Below, piece by piece: positions 18,564 to 25,978 of a DNA stretch of 58,675 nt. Position 1 is the first letter of the stretch. Every line of letters begins with the position of its first letter. Origin of the DNA: Nanohaloarchaea archaeon B1-Br10_U2g1. GTDB taxonomy: Archaea; Nanohalarchaeota; Nanosalinia; Nanosalinales; Nanosalinaceae. The notes beneath the pieces were generated by a model. The model did no database searches. It had not been told where the DNA came from and worked only from the letters and a program-made list of their open reading frames with translations. The DNA lies in contig LKMN01000003.1 of assembly GCA_001563875.1 (NCBI GenBank), positions 1 through 58,675 of the forward strand. The letters are read 5' to 3'. Made by a program: the position numbers and the translations under genes.

Positions 18564-19712
18564 ATGAGTGATGGAAACCTGGATGAAGAGTTTGAGAAGC
18601 TAGAATCACAGGTAGAACAGGATCAACAAGAAGCGGAGAATATTGAGAAAGATGTGGAGCAGAAGGAAAAACAGGTTGAATCTGAAGAACAGTCTTCTGC
18701 CGCAGAGATTAAAGATGCCGAACAGAAAGGTGATCAAAGAGAAATTGTAGATGCTGAAGAAAAAGTAGAAAGAGAAATACAAGAAGAGTCTCAGATAGAA
18801 GAAAAGATAGAGCAGGCAGAACAAGATTTAATGGAAGAAATTAATCTGGAGGAGAAACAGGAGCAGCTTCTAGAAAAAATGCAGAAAGATACGAAATCTG
18901 AGTTGAAAGATGCTTTAAACAGGTTGAAGAAGGAAAAGAAAAAGTTGTTGAATGCTAAGAAAGGTGAAAATACACAGATACAACCTTCAGACTACGAAAA
19001 CATAGAAGAAGTCTTAAACGAATTTAGAGATGCTGCAGGTAACGCCCACAGATTCACTAGAGAACTGGAGGAGCTTCTACAGGAGATCAGTAGAACAGAG
19101 GATGAGGAAAATTATCTTGAAAACTTGACCTCTAGGCTGCCTCAAGAACTAGGTTTTATGGAGAATGAAGTTAAGGGACTTCTGACAGATTTTCAGAAAC
19201 TACAAGACTCCAAGCACGGCAAAATGGCTCAAAAAGAAGGAAAGCAACTTAAACAGATAGAGCAGGAAGAGCAGAAAATAGTACAGAAAGAACATAAGAT
19301 AGATCAAGAGATCCAGAAAGAGCTCCAGGAAGCAGAAAAGCTAGTTAGAGAAGACGAACAGATGATGGAAACAGTAGAGCTGTCAATTTCTGAACTTGAA
19401 GAGCTTTACAGAATATTAGAGGAAGAAAAGAGTATTTGGCGCTTCTCTTTGAACCAAAATCCTCCTCTAAACGATGTAGAGAGCACTGTAGAAATGTTGA
19501 GGAAAGTGATAGAGGAAGATAAATCAGAGCTACAGAGAGCAAGTAAGTTTACATCCAAGCTGATGCAGAAGGCTCCTAGCGGCCCATCTACAAGCTCAGC
19601 TGCAAGTGCCACAGCAAGAGCAAGTATAGGTATTACGAAATGGGTCGTTATTGTTGTGGTAGTTCTTGTTCTGACCGGGTTCTTATACACCGAAGTTTAC
19701 AGCCCTATTTGA
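18564..19712 (+). CDS. Long coiled-coil protein with single C-terminal TM anchor
   Basis: E/Q/K heptad-rich ~340 aa, Ser/Ala linker, WVVIVVVVLVLTGFLY near C-terminus; no signal peptide. Confidence 0.8.
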   Translation: MSDGNLDEEFEKLESQVEQDQQEAENIEKDVEQKEKQVESEEQSSAAEIKDAEQKGDQREIVDAEEKVEREIQEESQIEEKIEQAEQDLMEEINLEEKQEQLLEKMQKDTKSELKDALNRLKKEKKKLLNAKKGENTQIQPSDYENIEEVLNEFRDAAGNAHRFTRELEELLQEISRTEDEENYLENLTSRLPQELGFMENEVKGLLTDFQKLQDSKHGKMAQKEGKQLKQIEQEEQKIVQKEHKIDQEIQKELQEAEKLVREDEQMMETVELSISELEELYRILEEEKSIWRFSLNQNPPLNDVESTVEMLRKVIEEDKSELQRASKFTSKLMQKAPSGPSTSSAASATARASIGITKWVVIVVVVLVLTGFLYTEVYSPI

Positions 19713-19747
19713 GGTGTGATATAAAACTTGGTCGAACTATCTTTACT

Positions 19748-20029
19748 ATGGCATCAGAAGTTCGTGCATCACATATTTTGGTAGATGATAAGGAGAAAGC
19801 TGAGAACATTAAAAACCAGATTGATAACGGCAAAAGTTTCGAAAAACTGGCTAAAGAGACCAGTAATTGCCCTTCCTCCGAAAAAGGAGGAGATCTCGGG
19901 TTCTTCGGTAAAGGACAGATGGTGAAACCTTTCGAGAGAAAGGTTTTCAGTATGGACGTAAATGATATATCCAAACCCGTCAAGACAAAGTTCGGCTACC
20001 ACTTAATAAAGAAAACTGATGAAAGGTAG
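19748..20029 (+). CDS. ppiC: Parvulin-type peptidyl-prolyl isomerase
   Basis: VRASHILV, S.CPS..KGGDLGFF, MVKPFE, KTKFGYHLI; ATG 19748. Confidence 0.93.
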   Translation: MASEVRASHILVDDKEKAENIKNQIDNGKSFEKLAKETSNCPSSEKGGDLGFFGKGQMVKPFERKVFSMDVNDISKPVKTKFGYHLIKKTDER

Positions 20030-20086
20030 TAACCTTTCTACACCTTTATAAGATTTAGCTGGGATTTACGAGTTACGGGTTAAATC

Positions 20087-20566
20087 ATGTCCGAGACACA
20101 AGAAGTTGTAAGAATTGCAAGAACAGGAGTAGACGGCACCAAACCTATCTCCGAAGCTCTTACAGGGCTTAAAGGAGTGGGTAGCAGATACGCTAACGCA
20201 GTAGAAAAAGAACTAGATCTAGAATCAGATACACGTTTAGGAGACCTATCGGAAGACCAGATAGATGAGATTGAGGAGATGATAAAAAACCCGGATCAGA
20301 TGGATCTACCGAAATGGCTTAGAAACCGAAGAAAGGACAGAGACGACGGAGACCACAACCATCTTATTGAGTCCGACTTAGAGCTTAAAGAAGAGTTCGA
20401 TATCAGAAGACTGAAAGAGATCGGATCCTACAGAGGATGGAGACACAAGATCGGTCTACCAGTGAGAGGTCAGAAGACCAAATCCTCATTCAGATCAGGA
20501 AGCAAGATCGGTGTTTCAAGAGCAAGACTACAAGAAGAAGCTTCAGGAGATGGAGGCGACGAATAA
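20087..20566 (+). CDS. rps13: Ribosomal protein uS13
   Basis: ALT.LKGVG, W..NRRKD, YRGWRH..GLPVRGQ.TK. Confidence 0.97.
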   Translation: MSETQEVVRIARTGVDGTKPISEALTGLKGVGSRYANAVEKELDLESDTRLGDLSEDQIDEIEEMIKNPDQMDLPKWLRNRRKDRDDGDHNHLIESDLELKEEFDIRRLKEIGSYRGWRHKIGLPVRGQKTKSSFRSGSKIGVSRARLQEEASGDGGDE

Positions 20567-20569
20567 ACA

Positions 20570-21118
20570 ATGGTAAAGAAACTTAAGCAGCAGTACGAGA
20601 CCCCTAGCGAAGGATGGAGTAAAGAAAGAATCCAGAAAGAGGACGAACTAATAGAGTCATACGGCCTCAAAAACAAGAAAGAGGTCTACAAAGCGGAAAG
20701 CGAGCTAAGAAATCTTAGAAGAGAAGCTAGAAGATTGATTGCAGAAGAAGATGAGACACAGAAAAAAGATCTTATTGAAAGAGTTAACGGCCTAGGACTT
20801 GTTAGAAGTGACGCCGAACTAGAGGATATTCTAACACTTAATACTACAGACATACTAAATAGACGTCTTCAGACAGCTGTAGATAGAAGAGGTCACTCAG
20901 AAACAGTTAGAGAAGCAAGACAGCTTGTTACCCACGGACACGTCTACATAAACGGAGAAAAAGTAAACATTCCCGGATACCTTCTAACACAGGAGGAAGA
21001 AGAAGAACTGGAAGTACGAAAGCCAGAGCCTTCAGAGACCGAAGAACAAGAAGAAACTGAAGAAGAGGAAGAAGTAGAAGGGTCTGAAGAAGAAAACGAA
21101 GAAGGTGATGAAGAATGA
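20570..21118 (+). CDS. rps4: Ribosomal protein uS4 with acidic tail
   Basis: [24 protein letters not shown]. Confidence 0.96.
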   Translation: MVKKLKQQYETPSEGWSKERIQKEDELIESYGLKNKKEVYKAESELRNLRREARRLIAEEDETQKKDLIERVNGLGLVRSDAELEDILTLNTTDILNRRLQTAVDRRGHSETVREARQLVTHGHVYINGEKVNIPGYLLTQEEEEELEVRKPEPSETEEQEETEEEEEVEGSEEENEEGDEE

Positions 21119-21498
21119 CTAAAAAAGGAATAGTAAACATTTACTCAAGCTTCAACAACACAATAATTCACATAACTGATGCGACAGGCGCAGAAACTAT
21201 TTCACGCGTAAGTGCAGGAATGGTGACAGATAAAGGAAGACTACAAGGATCTCCTTTCCCTGCGATGAAAGCAGCTAAGAAAGCATCAGAAGAAGCACTT
21301 GAGAAAGGAATTGAAAAAGTAGATATACAGGTTAGAGCTCCAGGCGGAAGCAAGATGAAGATGCCTGGTAAAGGAGCACAGCCAGCTATCAGAGCTATCT
21401 CAAGAAGCGATCTTGACGTAGGAAATATCGAAGACGTAACCCCTGTACCGCACGACGGCGTAAGAGCTAAAGGCGGAAAGAGAGGAAGAAGAGTCTAA
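21115..21498 (+). CDS. rps11: Ribosomal protein uS11
   Basis: [40 protein letters not shown]. Confidence 0.97.
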   Translation: MTKKGIVNIYSSFNNTIIHITDATGAETISRVSAGMVTDKGRLQGSPFPAMKAAKKASEEALEKGIEKVDIQVRAPGGSKMKMPGKGAQPAIRAISRSDLDVGNIEDVTPVPHDGVRAKGGKRGRRV

Positions 21499-21512
21499 GG
21501 GTGTAATTTTTA

Positions 21513-22085
21513 ATGGATATCGAGACTGTGGAGGAGACAGACGACGTACTAAAACTGAGAGTCGAAGGGATAAACGAAGCTATAGCTAACTCTCTAAGAC
21601 GTTCAATGATTGTAAAAGTTCCGACACTAGCAGTGAAAGAGCTCCATATCAATAAAAACGAATCAGGACTTCTTGACGAAATTCTAGCAAACAGGGTTGG
21701 ACAGATACCGTTCACAGTACCGAAAAATGTTGGAGAAGAAGACGAAGTAAATATCGCGCTGAAACAGGAAGGTCCTGGAACAGTGCTTGCAGAAGATCTC
21801 AAGGCAGACAACGATGAAGCCGAGCCTGTGAACCCAGAAGCAGTAATAGTAAAGCTGAAAGAAGACCAGGAGCTTGAATTTGAGGGTGTAGCTGTACTTG
21901 GAAGAGGAGAAGAACACGCTAAGCATCAGGGAGGAACCGTTGGATATGAACAGGAGGAAGAAGATACATTCCTATTCAGAGTTGAGTCTACCTCAGGCTA
22001 TAGCAATGAAGAGCTCTTTAGTCAAGCAGTCGACGAACTTAGAAGAGAGCTTAACGAGTTTGAAGAAGCTGTAGAAGAGATTTAA
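21513..22085 (+). CDS. rpoD: RNA polymerase subunit Rpo3 (D), short form without Cys cluster
   Basis: ANSLRR.MI..VPTLAV, DEILA.R.G.IP, G.G.EHAK. Confidence 0.93.
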   Translation: MDIETVEETDDVLKLRVEGINEAIANSLRRSMIVKVPTLAVKELHINKNESGLLDEILANRVGQIPFTVPKNVGEEDEVNIALKQEGPGTVLAEDLKADNDEAEPVNPEAVIVKLKEDQELEFEGVAVLGRGEEHAKHQGGTVGYEQEEEDTFLFRVESTSGYSNEELFSQAVDELRRELNEFEEAVEEI

Positions 22086-22150
22086 CTTCAATAAGCTTCT
22101 AAACTCTTTTACACCCAATTTTTATACTTTAGCAATTTTTAGATTAATTA

Positions 22151-22696
22151 ATGAGAGGTCCTGAAAAACCTCAGACACCTGGGAAGACTAATTTTAGGCC
22201 TACAAATACATTCATAGATTTTGAGTCTCTAAAATCTATAGAAAAAGAACTGGAAGAATTTGGTCAACATTATAACAACTTTAAGGATATAGTTAACAGT
22301 CTGGATACTGCAGTAAAATCTCATCCTGATACATCAAACGGAGCTGAGAGCGGCAAATATTTTTACGGCCAAACAGTTGAAAAAACAGATATAGAGACCG
22401 ATATAGCTGTGATGATAGGTATAGCGTCTCAAAAATGGTCTTATATAAGAGGGATGCACAACAACCTGTACAAAGAGTTTAAAGAGTATGAACAAACCTA
22501 TAGAGAGCATTTAGACAACTCTAAATACTACGAAAGATTGTGGAGAGAGTATAGAGAACATGGAAAAGAGCTGGAAAGTAAAGAACAGCTTCTAGAAAAC
22601 ATATCCGTGGAAACTTACAGACTGTTAGGAGAGCAGCCATCACCACAGACCAAAGTGTTGAGACCTAACTCCTCCCAACTTGTAAGCAGCGACTAA
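22151..22696 (+). CDS. Hypothetical protein
   Basis: 181-aa ORF, TTTATAC 30 nt before ATG; no family recognised. Confidence 0.65.
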   Translation: MRGPEKPQTPGKTNFRPTNTFIDFESLKSIEKELEEFGQHYNNFKDIVNSLDTAVKSHPDTSNGAESGKYFYGQTVEKTDIETDIAVMIGIASQKWSYIRGMHNNLYKEFKEYEQTYREHLDNSKYYERLWREYREHGKELESKEQLLENISVETYRLLGEQPSPQTKVLRPNSSQLVSSD

Positions 22697-22742
22697 GACC
22701 GGTCCCTCTTTAAAGGATTAGAGATCTTTCTGTATAATACTT

Positions 22743-22825
22743 GCCGGGTTAGCCAAGTGGTCAAAGGCGACGGACTCAAGATCCGTTCCCGCAGGGGTTC
22801 GCAGGTTCGAGTCCTGCACCCGGCA
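22743..22825 (+). tRNA. tRNA-Leu(CAA)
   Basis: GCCGGGT/ACCCGGC acceptor, ACGGA-CTCAAGA-TCCGT, long variable arm, TTCGAGT. Confidence 0.96.
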
Positions 22826-22904
22826 TTTGCTGCCCTAGTTTATAGTAAAAAAGAGAACATTTGCGTTGCGGTACGCGGTGAACTTAAAGAAAGTCTAAAA
22901 GAAT

Positions 22905-23258
22905 TTACTGGTCTCCAAGACCAGAAAGTTCACTTTGAAGACTCTCAAGCTCCGAATGAAGTTCCTGTACCGAATCATCAATCCTATCTGTCTGACTGTC
23001 GTCTTCAGGAGGATTATATGTGGCGACAGCACCTTCAACTTCCGGCATCTCTATCTCTATGTCCTCCAGTTTCTCGTTTAGACGATCAACGTTTTCATAG
23101 ATAGTGTCTATAGATTTCTCCTTAACTTCTCTCACTTGTGAAAGAACTTCTGAGGCCTCGTTAATGTTCTGTATAATCTGTCTTACGGCTTCAAGGTCCT
23201 GTAACAGAACTTTATATCCATCCACTCTAACGTATAGCTGTTCGTCTTCCGCTGCCAT
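22905..23258 (-). CDS. Hypothetical acidic coiled-coil protein
   Basis: LYVRVDGYK followed by heptad helices; acidic composition typical of this proteome. Confidence 0.8.
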   Translation of the reverse strand: MAAEDEQLYVRVDGYKVLLQDLEAVRQIIQNINEASEVLSQVREVKEKSIDTIYENVDRLNEKLEDIEIEMPEVEGAVATYNPPEDDSQTDRIDDSVQELHSELESLQSELSGLGDQ

Positions 23259-23325
23259 TTGTTTACAAGAACTGTTTCTTGCCGCCTCTTATTAAAAATA
23301 ACTTTTCAAAAGGGAAAAACAGATT

Positions 23326-23400
23326 TCTCAGAGGTGTTCAAGTTGTCATCATCCCTCTTTAGCGGTCGAGGATCAGACGATGTCATATACCTCATCATCG
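23326..23400 (-). ncRNA. Box C/D guide sRNA
   Basis: Minus strand: ATGATGA (C) - 15-nt guide - CTGA (D') - hairpin - ATGATGA (C') - 14-nt guide - CTGA (D); all four boxes are consensus. Confidence 0.85.
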
Positions 23401-23621
23401 AAAAAAATACTGACAAGTCTCTAAACAAAACTCTAGCAGCAAACGCTTAAACAAGTAGCCCCCAAGAATTTAGGACTGTTTCAGAGATTAAAATTTTATT
23501 AAAAGTTTTCAAGTGGTCTCCAGAACAATAAAAAACCATATAAATAAGAAAGAAGTCTGAAAACTGTTCTAGAGTATATTATATCCGTTAGGAATATTAA
23601 AACTGGCTCCTATACAACGTT

Positions 23622-24491
23622 GTGACCATGAGATGGATTGCCGCACTACTAATGTCACTGGCTTTAGTCTCAGGGGTCGCGGTAGCACAAGCTCAAGAAG
23701 AGCCTGAAGAAATGGAAGCTCCTGTCTTACTTACAGCACAGGACGCAGACTTCTTGATTGCTTCCTCAGTAGCTGAAAATTTCGACGCAGACTTACTGAT
23801 GACCGACTCCGAACAACTCTCTGAAGAGGTAGTAATGCAGATGGAAGAGTTACAGCCTACAGAAGTTGTGATAATCGGAGGTCCGGAAGCAATCTCTGAC
23901 GATGTAGTCAACCAGGTTGAAGAGTTTGAAACCGTTGAAGAAGTAAACCAGATCTACGGCGAAACAGCTATGGAAACCTCTCTACAGGTCTCCGAAATGT
24001 TCTGGATGGAAGCTGAAGAAGCAGCAATAGCACCTCCAATGCCTAACGAAGCAGCAGTCATGGACATTACAGAAAGACAGATCCAAGGACCTATCTTAAT
24101 GACCGCCGACGAACCAGAGGAAGAAATGCCTGAAAACGAAACAGAACCAGAAGAGATACCAGAGGATGAAGCTGTACCTGAAGAGGAGCCAATGCCCGAA
24201 GAAGAGATGAACGATGGAGAAGCTCCTGCTCAAGAACAGCCTGAAGAGAACGAGACACAACAAGAAGCTTTAGATCAGGAACTTGTCAGCGAACTTGAAC
24301 GCCTAGGTGTTCAGAACGTAGTACTCTACACAGAAGATGAAGAGATGGCTGCCCAGCTGGAGGAAATGGGTATTACTGTAGAGATGGAAGAACTAGAGGA
24401 AATACCTGAAGAAGAGGAAAACGGGATTCTGGATGATCTAGAAGAAGAGTTCGACGATCTGTTCAACGGTGAAGAAGAACCTGCAGAGTAA
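23622..24491 (+). CDS. Secreted acidic protein with cell-wall-binding-repeat-2-like segment
   Basis: Signal peptide (..VAVAQA), VVIIGGPEAIS..V and IYGET..ETS motifs, E/P-rich linker. Confidence 0.7.
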   Translation: MTMRWIAALLMSLALVSGVAVAQAQEEPEEMEAPVLLTAQDADFLIASSVAENFDADLLMTDSEQLSEEVVMQMEELQPTEVVIIGGPEAISDDVVNQVEEFETVEEVNQIYGETAMETSLQVSEMFWMEAEEAAIAPPMPNEAAVMDITERQIQGPILMTADEPEEEMPENETEPEEIPEDEAVPEEEPMPEEEMNDGEAPAQEQPEENETQQEALDQELVSELERLGVQNVVLYTEDEEMAAQLEEMGITVEMEELEEIPEEEENGILDDLEEEFDDLFNGEEEPAE

Positions 24492-24607
24492 AGTTTGAAG
24501 AACTGCTCTACCGGATCACTGAAGAAAACAACATTTCCATTCCCTCTTTTTTTCTCGAAGTCCATAAAAAAATAGATGTTGAAATCCTTAAACTGTGAAG
24601 AATCCTT

Positions 24608-25918
24608 ATGATGGAAAGAAAGTATACACATGATATTACAGCCGAAGACGAAGGCGAAAAAGTTTCAGTAGCCGGATGGGCTCACGAAATAAGAGATCTT
24701 GGAGGCCTAAGCTTTGTAATCCTTCGAGACCGTGAAGGCGAAATACAGGTAATATTCAAAGAAGACGAAGACGAAGAACTGTTTGAAAAAGCTCAAGAAA
24801 TCGGTAAAGAAGACGTTATCCACGTAACCGGTACTGTAAAGGAAAACGATCAGGCGCCAGACAATAGAGAGATTGTGCCTGAAAGTTTGGAAATAATAGG
24901 CGAAGCGGAAAGCCCTCTACCTATGGACGTATCAAAAGAGATAAAGTCAGACCTCTCAACAAGACTAGACAACCGTTTCATCGACCTTAGAAAACCAAGG
25001 CTACACGCCATATTCTCCTTAAGAAGCCATATGATAGAGTCTATGGAGGAATGGTTCGATAAAAACAACTACATTAACATCCAGACACCTACAATAGCCA
25101 AGATGGGTGCCGAAGGAGGAGCCGAACTCTTCCCTGTAATCTATTATGGGGAAGAGGCCTTCCTATCTCAGAGCCCTCAGCTCTACAAACAAATGTTGAT
25201 GGCTGCCGGTTTCGATAAAGTATATGAGACAGGAACAGCTTTCAGAGCAGAAGAGTTCGCTACATCAAGACATGTATCTGAAATCTCAATGTTTGATGTA
25301 GAACTAGCATTCATTGAGGACCAGCATGACGTAATGGATGTATTAGAGGAATCTCTGATTTATACTCTGGAAAACGTGGAGAAAAGAGCTGCTGACGACT
25401 TAGATATTTTAGGAGTGGATTTAGAGATTCCTGAAGAGAATTTCCCACGAATAAAGTTTGAAGAGGCCCGTGAAATCTTAGAGGAAGAGTTTGATCATGT
25501 ACCTGATGATGAACACGATCTGGATACGAAAGGCGAAAAGCTTCTTGGAGAGTATTTCGAAGAACAGGGACATCCTGCTTTCTTCGTTATAGGTTACCCT
25601 CAAGAAAAGTTCTATTACATGGAAGCAAGAGAAGGTGATGAGTACCAGTCAAGAAGATTCGACCTAATTTACAAAGGCTTAGAGCTGGCTTCCGGAGGCC
25701 AGAGAGAACATGACCTAGATAGATTAATGGCTGCAGTAGATGATGAAGGCATTGAACCGAAAGATATCAGCTTCTACCTAGAAAGCTTCAAGTTTGGTAT
25801 GCCTCCACACGGCGGATATGGACTAGGAATCGACAGACTGCTAAAACAGATAGCAGAGCTAGACAACGTCAAAGAAGGAATCCTGTTCCCAAGAACTCCA
25901 GACAGGCTAACACCTTAA
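24608..25918 (+). CDS. aspS: Aspartyl-tRNA synthetase, archaeal type, probably non-discriminating
   Basis: GWAHEIRDLGG, LSQSPQLYKQ, FRAE, GMPPHGG.GLG; His and Pro at the positions associated with ND-AspRS. Confidence 0.95.
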   Translation: MMERKYTHDITAEDEGEKVSVAGWAHEIRDLGGLSFVILRDREGEIQVIFKEDEDEELFEKAQEIGKEDVIHVTGTVKENDQAPDNREIVPESLEIIGEAESPLPMDVSKEIKSDLSTRLDNRFIDLRKPRLHAIFSLRSHMIESMEEWFDKNNYINIQTPTIAKMGAEGGAELFPVIYYGEEAFLSQSPQLYKQMLMAAGFDKVYETGTAFRAEEFATSRHVSEISMFDVELAFIEDQHDVMDVLEESLIYTLENVEKRAADDLDILGVDLEIPEENFPRIKFEEAREILEEEFDHVPDDEHDLDTKGEKLLGEYFEEQGHPAFFVIGYPQEKFYYMEAREGDEYQSRRFDLIYKGLELASGGQREHDLDRLMAAVDDEGIEPKDISFYLESFKFGMPPHGGYGLGIDRLLKQIAELDNVKEGILFPRTPDRLTP

Positions 25919-25978
25919 CCTTTCCTTTCTCCTTCTTGTCATAGTCTTTTTATTCAGTAGGCCGTAAACTGTTTTTAC

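Noticed and set aside
19640-19747. Longer start for the parvulin ORF
   Set aside because: Overlaps the upstream gene; TATA 30 nt before ATG 19748 supports the shorter form.
22757-23104. 115-aa plus-strand ORF
   Set aside because: Overlaps tRNA-Leu and the opposite-strand gene.
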